A program made the position numbers and the translations under genes. The notes beneath the pieces are model-generated. The model was not told the DNA's origin, made no database searches, and worked only from the letters and a program-made list of their open reading frames with translations. Shown in pieces: positions 13,535 through 25,140 of a DNA stretch of 64,000 nucleotides; positions within the stretch are counted from its first letter, which is position 1; each line of letters begins with the position of its first letter. This stretch comes from Vicugna vicugna (taxonomy: Eukaryota), in contig MU058252.1 in assembly GCA_013265495.1 (NCBI GenBank), positions 1,026,244 to 1,090,243 on the forward strand, given 5' to 3'.

Positions 13535-13860
13535 CTTGCTACAGTGTGGGTAAAACTTGAAAACGTTATGATAAATGAAAGAAGCCAGACACGAAAGACC
13601 GTATACTTATGTGAGTCCATTCATATGAAATGTCTAGACTAAGCAAATCCATAGAACCAGAAAGTAAATGAGTAGTTGCCAGGGGCTAGGGGAGAAGAGT
13701 GACTGCTAACGGGTACCAGGTTTCTTTTTGGGGTGAGAAAAATTTTCTAGAACTAGACGGTGGTGATGGTTGCACAACCTTGTGAAAATACTGAAAATCA
13801 CTGTGTTGTAGATGTTACAAGGGTGAATTTCTCATGGTGTATAAATTATATCTCAACAAA
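13535..13860 (+). mobile_element. Old L1 (L1MB-like) 3' end
   Basis: gaaagaagccagacac...ggtgatggttgcacaaccttgtgaa. Confidence 0.75.
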
Positions 13861-14022
13861 AGGAACAGATTTATTAGCTTTTTAAAAAATCCTATGATAC
13901 TAGAACACTGCACATTAGACGTTAAGTTGAGTCCCAACTCTACCACTTCCTTGCTGCGTGATCCTTGGCAAGTCATTCATTTTTCTAGTTCTCAGTTTTC
14001 TCACCTGTTAAATAGGAATAAA

Positions 14023-14025
14023 TAC

Positions 14026-14060
<35 letters not shown>

Positions 14061-14070
14061 CACACACACA
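14023..14070. repeat. (CA)n microsatellite
   Basis: ~24 CA units with one interruption. Confidence 0.95.
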
Positions 14071-15539
14071 TTCTCTGGATTATATAAAGACTTAATGGAA
14101 TAATTGGTTTAGAGAACCAGGTACAAAGCAGATATTCCTGGAGGGGGAGCCTGAAGAAAATACTGAGGTACAACTATTCAGACATTTATCATAAATAGCA
14201 TTTTGTGTTTGACTAAATAAATGACAGCCAATACTGTTCTACTTTAAATTTTGCCATCTGTGTTTTATACTCTCTGAAGTCATCTGCATGAACAGGCATG
14301 AACTCATTTAATCCTCACAATAAACCTGTGAGGTAGCGACCACCATCATCTCCTTTTTTTAATGGGGAAGCTGAGGCACAGAGAGGTAGAGTAACTTGTC
14401 CAAATTCACAGACCTCATGCGTAGTGTGCCCCAAACCCATCGCTTCCTGCCTCATATATTCTACTCACCTTCAGGTCATGTGATTCCCCACCCCACCAGC
14501 TCGGGTTTACCCTGTTTCTAAGTCACTTTTCTCTGAGGCTGGCAATCTATTGGAAGCCTCCAAGGCTCTGAATTTTAGTTGCCCTGAGCTCAGTGTTATC
14601 ATTGCTCATGGAAAGTGGTGATTTGCTAGGTGCCCATGGAGCTACAGCCTCACTCCTGACTTCAGATTACATCTCATGACCAGGCTTCAGACTGGCATTT
14701 CCATTTCCCTGAGACAGCAGACAGCTGCGCTGTGGCTAGCTCCGTTGCCCAGGACCTGTGTTCCATCCTGGTGTCCCCCAAAGGGGCAAGATCACTGCTC
14801 CAGGAGCCAGGTCCCTGCCCTACTCTTAGAGGACATTGATGCCAGCTTAGATTTGGCCCAAGGTTGCTGAATCCCCTTAGATGCTGTGATTTGAAAGCAA
14901 ACCACATTGCTGGCGAGAGACAAAGGGTGAATTAGATTCTCCTCTGTCTGCACAATGAAGAATTAGCCAAGCTCCTCAGCATCCGTTCCCCTGCTCGGAC
15001 CATGTGTCTCCGCTGCCTCACAGGGTTACTTTTCTTGGCCCATCTGCTCAGAATTTCCACCCCTAAGAAGTTTCTCCAAGTTGCTTTCTCGTCTCGTTCC
15101 ACCTTCTCAATAACCTTAACCTCCGTCGCATTCCAGTGACTTAATGGACACTGATGACACCAGTTCTGGCACCTTCCCCAATCCTTCCCCTGAGTCGTAA
15201 ACTTGTGTGTCCAATTGCCTACAAGTTACCATCGTTTAAACATCCCACAGGTGTGCTAAACCCACATTCCCTCTCTGGATGTTGTGCACCCCCTCCCTGC
15301 CCCACCACTCACCTACACACGCCCCACTCAACCACCGCTGAGAACCTCCTTGGGCTCCCTTTACCTCTCATGCCCCACGTTCACCTCACTGTATCTGGTC
15401 AGTTCTACTCCTAAATCACTGCTTGTCTCTGTCCACTTTCCTCTTCCCCCACCGCCATAGTCCATAGTTAAAGCTTTGATGTAATTTATTCAGGAAGATT
15501 TTCTTGACCTCGTCCTCCTTTCCTCTCTGCGTACAAATT

Positions 15540-15574
15540 CGTGCGCGCGCGCGCACACACACACACACACACGT
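15540..15574. repeat. (GC)n(AC)n compound microsatellite
   Basis: cgtgcgcgcgcgcgcacacacacacacacacacgt. Confidence 0.9.
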
Positions 15575-16739
15575 CTGGGGTCTGTTCTCCTCCTGTGCGT
15601 GCTTCACCTGTTACAGCACTTACTGTGCTATATTGCAGCTGTCTCTTGTCTGTTTGTGCAGGGCAGGCTGGGTAGATATGCAGCCTGTGTGGTTGCACAT
15701 GGTACCATGTTTAGAAAGACTCCCCGCCGACTTGGTTTAATGCTCTGCTCTTGCCGTCTTGAAATTTTTGATAATTTTTGAACCTGAGACTCCACTTTTA
15801 TTTTGTGCTGAGCCCTGCCAATTGCATGTTCCCATCAGCCCTAAGCTCTGTGAGGGCTGGGACAGGGTCTGATTCATTCAAAATGTGTTCTCAGCACGTA
15901 GTACGTTGACTCGGTAAGAAGTGGTTGAAAACTATTCTCTGAGTGGTTGAACCACTCAGGTCTAAGAGGCCTCATGTGTAAATGATCAGAGCAATGCATG
16001 CCCTCCCATGTTGCTGTGTGCTGTCACTGAGGCCATGTGCACAGTGCCCTCAGCCAGTGTTTGTTCCCTTCTGTTTACCCTGCAGCTGCCCCAGAGTTCT
16101 AATTTCAAATGGCATCTGGCCAGCAGCCTCTCCCAACTTTCTAGTAATATATTTATTAATAGAGACTGGAAAAGATGAGACTGCACTAGAAATTAAGTTA
16201 AATAGGCAGCCTGAATCCGGGAGGCACCCCCAAAACTGAGGCCAGTGGAAGGGACTGAGAAACCCCGGCTTTGTTGCAAGACGCATCCCTGCTTCCCCCT
16301 CGCAAATGCAGATTCCAGAAAAAGAGTAAAGAGCTACTCAGTAATGCCCCTGTTTCTGCCCCCGAATCAGAAAGTGGACAGCCTCCCTACCCATATGTGC
16401 CAATGGAGAAGGCCAGTGAGTCTGGACCCCAGTGAGTGAAGAGAGAATGGCAAGAAAAGGCTGGAGAGGGAGACAGGGTGGGACTCTGCAGGGCCCTGTA
16501 AGGATTTAGGTGTATCTTACGTGCAGTGGAATGCCACAGGTACATCTTAGGTAGAACAGTGTGTGGAGACTGACATAGTGGAGGGTAAGTAGGCAGACCA
16601 GGAGTTTCTTGCAATAATGGGGACAAAGGGTGACAATGGAGATGGAAAGAACAGGACAGATTCCAGGCATATTTACAAGTAGAATGGACAGTACATGGAG
16701 ACTGGCCAGCTAGGTGGATGTTGAGGGAAGGGGTGGCAT

Positions 16740-17790
16740 TGTCATCCAGTTATCAGCCAGCTAATGCCACAATGATGCTTGTTACCAACCAGCTCAAAAT
16801 TGAGTAGCCTAGGACAGTCAGCATGTATCTTTTCTTTCATATGTCTGTGGGTGGCTGGAGTGGCTCTGCCCTGGAATTTACACTGGTGGGGCTGGGCTCT
16901 GCTCTCTGAGTTTGGTCAGTTCTACTTGTCATTCTAGTAGCAACTCAGGGTGTATGCTTCTCATGTTGATGGGCAAGGATACAAAAGTCAAGCCAAACCA
17001 CACAGCTTGTTGAAAGCCTCTGCATGCCTCTTGCCCACTCACATTCCATGGACCAAAGCATGTGGAATGGACAAGCCCAAAGTCAGTGTTTCAGAGAAAT
17101 GTCCTCTGCCCCATGATGAGGGATAGTAAGTGAGATAAAATTTGCTGAGTCAATCTGTCACGCCAAGTTTCTGGAATGAGCAACTAAGTGGATGGAGGTC
17201 TTATTTACTTAATGAGTAAAACTGGTTAATAGAAAAATGTTCCCTAATGTATCAGTTAGCTTTTGCTGTGTAACAAACTATTCTCATTGTGTCTTAAAAC
17301 AACAGATAAGTGTTATTCCTTGTAATTCACTGTGTTGCTAAAGTGGTTCTGCTGGTCATAGCCAGGATGGCTGATTTCTACTGTGTTGCTTACACATGTG
17401 TGTTCATCTGGAGTCTCAGCTGGTGCTGGCTGGTCTAGAATGGTCTCATCACATGTCTGGACGTTGGCCCAATGGTAGCCGGGGCAGTGGTGACCACTAG
17501 GCCATTTGTCTCTCATTATCAGGGAGGCTAGGGAGGCTTATTAACAGCGACTGGTCACCAGGTTCCCAAGAGCAGCAAGAGAAGGCAAGTCCAAAGTGCT
17601 GCAGGCACTTTTCAAGCATCTGTCTGCATCACATTTGTTAATGTCCTATTGGCCAAAGCAAATCACAAGGCCACGAGATTCAAGGAATGAAGAAGTAAAC
17701 CTCACTTTTCAATGGAATGAAGTACAGAGTTAATTGCACAGAAGTGTGCATATAGGAACGAGAAGCATGAGTGGGCAGGCCTGCAGTCCA
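16740..17790. mobile_element. Two MaLR (MLT1-like) LTRs (~16740-17160 and ~17248-17790)
   Basis: tgtatcagttagcttttgctgtgtaacaaac start and ttggccaaagcaaatcacaaggcc motifs. Confidence 0.65.
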
Positions 17791-18134
17791 CCGCACTTCA
17801 CTGCAGCACAGACACACTCTCAGTTTACAGAACATGAACTAAGCACTTTACACGCCTCAGATTATCTCACGCTCCTAACAATCCCGTGGGTAGGTACTGT
17901 TATTATTCTCATTTCATGGATGAGGAAACTGAGACACAAATAGGTGAAGTAACTTCACTAACTTGCCCCAGATCGCACAGCTCATAGCAGCCCCAGAGTC
18001 AGTGCTCTGAACCACTGCGTTGTACCCACTCTAGGGGGGCTACTCCGCCTCTTCCTCCTCCTCCAGGAACAACAACAACAACAATAATAATAACATCTAC
18101 AAAAGTGGGATCTATGACTTTGATCTATTAGGAG

Positions 18135-18323
18135 AGCAGTTCTCAAAGTTAAGCGTGCACCAGAATGATCAGGGCCACCTAAAGAGTTAGTTAAAATACC
18201 GATCACTGGGTCCCCACGCCCACAGTTCCCAATTCAGTAGGTCTGGGCGGCCCAGGGATTTACTTTTCTAAGTTCCTGAGTGATGCTGATGCTGCCGGTC
18301 TGGGGCCCCTGCGAGAATCACTG
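18135..18323. mobile_element. MER5A-like hAT MITE
   Basis: cagttctcaaagt...attcagtaggtctggg...gagaatcactg. Confidence 0.75.
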
Positions 18324-18434
18324 AATTGGAGTAACCGAAAGAGTCATGCAAGTATGATTGCGGCAAAAAAATTCAGCAGTTGCCTGTTCCTAGCAAACAT
18401 ACATGAATAAGTTTTCTGTTTTTCTTCTGTCTAG

Positions 18435-18584
18435 ATCTGGATGTGTGGAGGCCAGCTCTTAATAATCCCCTGCTCTCGAGTAGGACATGTGGTTAAGCAA
18501 CACATCACAAATCAAACTGAAGTTGCAAAAGCCTTGGCATTTAACAGCCTCAGAGTGGTGCACGTTTGGCTGGATGACTACAAG
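18435..18584 (+). CDS. GALNTL5: GALNTL5 coding exon, 150 nt ([22 protein letters not shown]...[12 protein letters not shown])
   Basis: Acceptor ttctgtctAG, donor AAG|GTGAAG; WMCGG/PCSRVGH motif. Confidence 0.93.
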
Positions 18585-19132
18585 GTGAAGGAAGTGTCCC
18601 TGGTTTGGAAAGATGAGTGGGAGTACAGAGAGGGACTGGGTCAAAAGAAGCCATGTACTGCCTTTCCAGATACCAGTTTTTATCCTTTTCTCAGTTGTCC
18701 TTGAAATGGGGTACCCCTTTGCCCACTCCTCCACCCCTTCCCAGAACCCTCTTCTCAGTGAGTTCATTCCGAGCGGCTCTACTTACAACTTAGTCTTTTA
18801 TTTTAGTCTCTAGGAAAACTCAGGTTTTTCAGAAGGAAATCAACCAACACAAGATTTTTTTTGGTTTTCCCAGATCTGTTTCCTTCCTCCAAAGATTGCC
18901 CCTCTGCAGCAAACATCTCTCGCAGACCCCGCTCCCATAGGCAAATTTTTAGATTCTCTTCTTTCACTACTAAGGTCCCAAGTGATGTGCCTTCTACTGC
19001 TCTGGGGACCACACAAGACTCTCCAGTACCTTTTTTCTCTAACAGGCAGGCATTTCTACATCAAAGCCAGGCCTATTTGTGCAGCCCCCTGTGGTTTAAG
19101 CCCCTTGCCAGGACCTTTAGAAAGCACAGAGA

Positions 19133-19215
19133 GGGGGTTGGCTACAGCTCAGTGGTAGAATGCATGTACAAGGTCCTGGGTTCGGGTCCTAGTACCTCCA
19201 TTAAAAAAAAAAAAA
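19133..19215 (+). mobile_element. tRNA-derived SINE with poly(A)
   Basis: A/B boxes; TSD AGAAAGCACAGAGA (19119-19132) and AGAATGCACAGAGA (19216-19229). Confidence 0.85.
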
Positions 19216-19953
19216 AGAATGCACAGAGAACATATAGCTGTGGCTCCATTTTAATTTGAAAGTTGTCCATACAGAATCCATGTTCAAACAAACAATGACA
19301 GTCACAACAAGACCTCATTTCAGATACATGGGTAGAAATATGTAAGAATCTCTCTGTGATATTATATGTCTTGGTCTTGCTCTAATATTTCTTTATTAAT
19401 TTAAATTATAAAAGTAGTAATACTCAATTTCTTTAGTAATCAGGACAATATGAATTAAAACCTGAATAGGAGCTTTCTACACAGCCACCTAAATTGGCAA
19501 AAATTTTTTACATCTGATAGGACCAAGTTGGCAAGCACAGGAATTCTCAGACACCGTGGGTGGGAGTGTTAACTGTTACAAACTCGCCTTGGAAAACAGT
19601 TTGGCAACATCAAGGAAAGTAATGGCTGACACTGACATGACACTATGATCCAGCCTTAATCTCCTAAGAGCTTTGCACATATGAAGTGTTCAGTCCTCAC
19701 AACCATCTCACAAGGCTAGGGGCCAAGGTCATGTTGTCAATAAATAGCAGGGTCAGAAATTGAAGCCAGACTGTCTTTCTCCAGAGTCTATTTGCCCTTG
19801 GCCACCAACCATCCCCCCATTTCTGAAACCATGGGTGTGTCTATTGGGACCTGGGAGAGAAGGATCCTGTCTTTGAGAAAGGGGACAGACTACAATGCAT
19901 GACTGTGATTCTTGGGCTCTTGAGAAGAAGAATCTAGACTTCCTAAGTCCCTC

Positions 19954-20497
19954 TGATACAGGAAAGACTGTGGGGCGAGAAAATGGCCATGTTCCAGGTC
20001 CCAGGCAAGTCCCTGGGACGCACCCCACCAAGAGAGGTCCTTGGCTTCTCGCAGAAAAGAATTCAAGAGTGAGCCATAGTTGAGTAAAAGTAGATTTATT
20101 TAGAGATGCACACTGAGGAGGAGAGGGGTTGAAGTAAAGGTAGATACACACTCCACAGACAGAGTTTGGGCTGTCTCTGAAGGCAAGAGAGAGAGCATGA
20201 CTCGGTGTTGCTAGTTTTTACATGCTAACAAGTGAGAGGATTATTCCAACTACTTTGGGGAAGGGGCTGGGATTCCTAGGAGTTGGGCCACTGCCCTCTC
20301 TTTGATCTCTCATGGTTAGCTCTGCGTCATTTGCCATGCTAATACATTACAATGTGTGTAATGAAATTCAAGGTCCACTGGAGGTCGAATCTCCCACCAT
20401 CTTGGGCCTACTGGGAGTTGACTCTTCTGCCATCTTGGTGCTAAATGCTGTGTCATTCCTTTCACGGCAGTGTCCTGCCCCCTTCCTTCCAGCTTCA
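19954..20497 (-). mobile_element. ERV1-class solo LTR
   Basis: TG...CA termini; 4-bp TSD CCTC (19950-19953, 20498-20501); minus-strand AATAAA at 20095-20100. Confidence 0.8.
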
Positions 20498-20730
20498 CCT
20501 CCGCAGTACTTTCATCATGTCTGTCACAGCACATACTGTGAATATGTGTGGGGGAGTGAGTCCCAGGTCCTACGTGTCTGCCCTCCCTGAACAAAGGAAA
20601 GGTTTTTTTGCTGTTGTTGTTGTTTTGTTGTGGATCAGATGATGAAAGTATATACTGCTACGTTAAATGTCATGATTTGATCTCCAAATATTTGCTTGGT
20701 TTAATGAAATGACTCTTTATTTCCATTTAG

Positions 20731-20877
20731 GAGCAGTTTTTTTTACGAAGACCTGATCTAAAATCTCTTGACTATGGAAACATTAGTGAGCGTGTTGAAT
20801 TAAGGAAACGATTGGGTTGCAAGTCATTTCAGTGGTATTTGGATACTGTCTTCCCAGAGTTGGAGACAGCTGAGTAA
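20731..20877 (+). CDS. GALNTL5: GALNTL5 last coding exon ([48 protein letters not shown])
   Basis: Acceptor ttccatttAG; CKSFxWYL motif; TAA at 20875-20877 before any ricin lectin domain, which is the GALNTL5 hallmark. Confidence 0.93.
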   Translation, partial: EQFFLRRPDLKSLDYGNISERVELRKRLGCKSFQWYLDTVFPELETAE

Positions 20878-20906
20878 AACTGACTAAAGGAAAACCAATC
20901 GTCATT

Positions 20907-20912
20907 AATAAA
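20907..20912 (+). terminator. GALNTL5: GALNTL5 polyadenylation signal AATAAA
   Basis: Canonical hexamer 30 nt after the stop codon. Confidence 0.7.
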
Positions 20913-21184
20913 GGGTTAAAAAGTCCCCTAGTCCTTCAATATAGAGAAGAGGACAAGTTTGGAACATCGTGAAATACAGTAAAAAATACAACCAGAACGG
21001 GTCTACAACACAAGCGCCTGCCTTTTCTTTCCTCCTTTAATGAGGACTCTGTTATTCATCTGCCACTAAATTTCTAGGGTGGCAAGACCTTGACATTAAT
21101 GCTGTCACACAGTTAAGATTATCATGCAGTTGATTGAGATAAAGTGTGTTATCTCCAATTATTTGCCAAACTCGCTTGGTCCTA

Positions 21185-21715
21185 CTAACACAGCAGGACC
21201 CTGTGGGGTCCTCCCTGGTGCAAATCCTTTCTGTGTCCCCTGTTTCTTGTTTATAAGAAATAGACTTCATTCAACCTCTGTGACCTCCCCTGAGTTCCAA
21301 AGGGCAGATTCAAAGACTTGCTAATCAGAGAAGGGAGGGAATGCAGAGACAGGGAGGAACAGTCAGGAAAACCTACTGCAGCCTTGGGGCAGGGTCCTGG
21401 TTCCTCCTCAAGGAATAGACATAATAATATCTTTGGGTTCTTCTGCAAGGACTAGGACCCCCACCCAGGTGGCGGGTGCTAACTTCAGGCTGAGCACAAG
21501 GTTTCTGGAATGCTGCCTTGTTACCAACCAATTAGAAGAGAAACACACACCCTGCAGACCCCCAGTCCACCCCAAATTTTGCCTATAAAAACCCCCGAAA
21601 CCATTGGGGAGTTCGGGTTCAAGCATGAGCCGCCAGTTCTCCTTGCTTGCCCGCTGACGTTTTGGTTTGTTTGGCCTCACTGCGCGTTGGGCATGTGAAC
21701 TTTTGTTCAGTAACG
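21185..21715 (+). mobile_element. ERV1-like solo LTR between GALNTL5 and GALNT11
   Basis: LTR-like body, CCAAT 21528-21532, TATAAAA 21584-21590, ends in gttcagtaac; TSD not resolved. Confidence 0.7.
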
Positions 21716-23570
21716 TAAGGGCTGCTCCTCTCTTTGCCGACTCAGTTCCTATGCCAGATGGTGAGGTGACCTGGGCTGGTGACCTCCCCAGAAGGACGTT
21801 CTCAGAGAGCCTTGGTTGGTCCATACCAACTTTGGCTCAGCTGTACTGAGCTCCTTTCTTGCCGCCAGGGTAGATTCTGGCCCTGACACACTGCTTGGTT
21901 GGGTTCCTGGTTCCTGATGTCCAGTCACTTGCCTGGGTGTCCCCGTCCAGGTCTCAAAACCAGCCTCCGTGTTTGTTCTTGTCGGCCCTTCAGTTAACCG
22001 GAGACATTCCCCTCTTCCCTGCTTCTGATTTGTGTCTTTCTCACGTCTGCTCCCTCCCGTGGCTCTGGCCTGCAGCTCTCCTGACACTTTGTGGATTGCG
22101 TGCCTTGTATCTGTACCATCAGCATCTATGTGGGGACCCGTTTCCTGTGTGGACACACTCCCAGATGTCTAACATACTCCTTTCAGGTTAGAGGGGTGGC
22201 TCTTGGTTCATCCTGGTGAAGGTGGCTGGAAAGATGAAATAGAACTAATTTACCAAAGAGAATGAGAAAATGAGGGAAGGAACACACTGCAAGGAGTAAA
22301 AAGGAGGGTACTTTAGGTAGGATCACTAAACATAGCCTCTGCTGGAGAAAATACCAGCTCACTTGTGACAACAGGAAACAATTTGACTCGTCTATTATGC
22401 TCATTCAATCAACAACTGAATGGTCACCTCAGGCCAGGTGTCTTTCTGGGTGCTGGGATGCAGCAGACAATGGAACAGGCAAAATCTCTCCTTCTATGGA
22501 ACTTGTGGTCTTGAGCTAATATATACAACGTAAAGAAAAAAAGAACCTGTTTATCATTTCTTTATACTCATGTATTGGGCAAAATACTCTATAAAACCTA
22601 TTCTTAGAAAGACATGGGAAAAAATGTGCTCATATTACAGATGGCCAGGGTAACTTGAATGGGCCTTTGAAAGTCAATCTGGCAACACAAAATAATTGCC
22701 ACATTATGATTATATTCTTGGCCCATATTTATACCTTACCTGCTTCTAGAAAGTAATAAGAAACTGATTGTAATAAACCCATGAACCTATTAAAATTAGA
22801 GTAAAATATAAAATAGAAAATTCTGTAGCCAAGGGAAAAAGAATTGTAGTATAAATACAGAGAATCTTCTTGAAGTTAACTTTTTCCTGGTTTTCAAATC
22901 TGAGGCTATATATACATATTTTTTGGTAAGCATAAAGAAAGATGTTGTAAATATGAGCTCTGCCAAAGGAAAAAGAAGTGTTCTTTTCCTTGGAGCCATG
23001 GGTCTAATATTAAGTCTTAGGTTTCCTTTTTTTTTAAAATGTAATTTAGCTCAGGCATGAGATAACATGAATAAGTCTTAGAAATGATGTGGAACGTTGC
23101 TTAAACAATCTCCTCTTGAATATTGTTTCAGTTGACTCGAATAGAAAACAAATCAGAATCAACATCCAAGTATTTGGTGTGATAGAAAAGAAGTCCACAC
23201 TTGCTGTAGATGGCAATTTTTTGTTTTTGTACAGAAATTTTAAAATCTGACTTATATTCTCAAGCTAGTTGAAAAGTATCTGCTCACCTGCTCAAGGCTT
23301 TTCACAAAACACAGTTTTTGTTATGACCAAAAGCTCAAACAAGCCTTAAATTAGCCTGGGAATTCTGTAAAGAAAGCAGACTTCGAAGAATTTGTCCTAA
23401 AACACACTGATATGAAATAAGACCTAACACTAAGCTCTCTTCATGTTTCATATCCCCTGGTAAGTACTCTGCGTAGATTATCTCATTTCATCCACACAAC
23501 TACAAGACAGTTCCTACTGTTATTGCCATTTCATAGCAGAGAGAAGTAAGGTGAGGACTCATCCAGGGCT

Positions 23571-23713
23571 GGGGTTGCCAGATCTGGCCAATAAAAGCAC
23601 AAGATGCCCTGGTAAATTTGAATTTTAGTGTAAGTAATTTCCACATATCTCATGGGAATTTTTTTTACCTGAAATTCAAATTTTAGGCCATCCTGTATTT
23701 CCTCTGACAACTG
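23571..23713. mobile_element. MER53-like palindromic MITE
   Basis: ggttgccagat...aaatttgaattttag matched by ctgaaattcaaattt...tctgacaact as an inverted structure. Confidence 0.65.
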
Positions 23714-23930
23714 TATCTAGGGACAAATGAACACAGCTCCTATGCTAGTCTAAATCTGCCCAGCCTCAAAGACCCTGGGTTTAACCACATACCACACTGC
23801 AAGGAGCAGTTTAGTGTCATTCTTAGTAGTAGTAAAAACCTGAAGCTAACTCAAAACGTCAATTTCTGAAATTTATACAGTTGTACATTAATTTGGTGCA
23901 ACAGGATGAACCCATTTAAAGTAACAGAGT

Positions 23931-24062
23931 GGGGAAGGTATAGCTCGAGTGGTAGAGCGCATGCTTAGCATGTATGAGGTCCTGGGCTCATTCCCCAGTA
24001 CCTGCATTGAAAAACCAAATATATAATTAAATAAGTAAACCTAACTACCTCCCCCCATAAAA
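23931..24062 (+). mobile_element. tRNA-derived SINE (camelid type)
   Basis: gtatagctcgagtggtagagcgcatgcttagcatgtatgaggtcctggg. Confidence 0.85.
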
Positions 24063-24139
24063 ATATCAATAAAATAATAGCTAGAAACAGATCTGTCCCA
24101 TTCCCATCAGAATGTCAAATATTTAAGTTATCTGACACC

Positions 24140-25140
24140 TTCTAGGGCCGGGAGAAGGCGGCGCAAGTGCAGGTCTCTGGCACTGACGGTGCCCTAGAAC
24201 ACCGATTTCAAACTTTAATTCGCTTTCCGGAGCGCTATACTGTCCCGCTTTCACCATCAACATACGAGGTTTCTCCATGGCTTCTCTGAAGACCATATAT
24301 TCCCAAGCCCTGACATCCTAACTACGCTCCCGTTTTCAAGAGTGCGGCTGCACATCCTTAATAGGCTTAAGGGCATTTATCTTTAATGAGGCCATTTTAA
24401 TAAAAGTTAAAAACGCAAAGGCCGTCCGCGACCCACCCCCGCGCCCAGGGCCAAACGCGGGGTCAACAGCGGGCCGGGCGACGCCGGGGCCGCGGCGCGC
24501 CCGCCTCGGACGGTGACGTCACCCGCGGCGCGCGGGGCGGGGCCGCCGTCACGTGGTTCCGCCGGGCGCGCGCTCGGGCCGAGGCTGCGGCGCGGGCACT
24601 GGGCGCCAGTGCGCCCCGTGCTGCGTGTGCTCGCGGCAGCTCCGCCCGCTGCGGCGAAAGCGGCTCGGACCCGGGCTGTGGCCGGAGAGAAGATGCCACA
24701 GCCCGAGTCTCTGAAGGCCGGGGTCCTGCGCTACGGGCGTCGAGGTGAGTAACGAGGGGCCTGGCGGCGACGCCGGCGGGGACTGAGCCCGCGCGGCCTC
24801 CGTCCGTCCCCTCAGCGCCTCAGGCGAGCGGCTCCGGCGCGCGGCCCCCGCCTCAGGGTCCAGACGGCCCGGGGCGCCGGGGGTGACCGCCGCTCCCTGC
24901 GGTGTCTATGGCCGCAGGCCCGGCGTCCGTCGCGTGTCGGGCGTTTGCAAAGCGGGACTGGGCTCTTGAGGCGGGAGGGTGGGCCGAGGAGACGCCGCAG
25001 ACCAGCCCTGGGCGCCCGGGCCCGCGGGGGCGGCGGAGGAAGCCCCGCGCCGCGGCCCCGCCGGCGTTTCCCACCCTGCAGTCCCGGCATTGCGGCTCAG
25101 CCTCTAAAAGAAAATAGCGCCCTGGAAACATCTCGCAGTG
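24140..25140. promoter_or_regulatory. GALNT11: CpG island / GALNT11 promoter
   Basis: Abrupt GC- and CpG-rich block (core ~24420-25100); CRE TGACGTCA 24514-24521, GC box GGGGCGGGGC 24534-24543, E-box CACGTG 24550-24555. Confidence 0.88.
24570..24744 (+). other. GALNT11: GALNT11 non-coding exon 1 (5' boundary approximate)
   Basis: Consensus donor GAG|GTGAGT at 24744/24745 inside the CpG island; the TSS cannot be determined from sequence. Confidence 0.7.

Noticed and set aside
1..20877. GALNTL5 as a pseudogene
   Set aside because: All six visible exons splice in frame with GT-AG sites and no premature stop; lacking the lectin domain is normal for this gene.
23931..24010. tRNA gene (also 6540, 19133, 56269)
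   Set aside because: A/B boxes are present, but with A-rich tails, TSDs and no clean cloverleaf these are SINEs.
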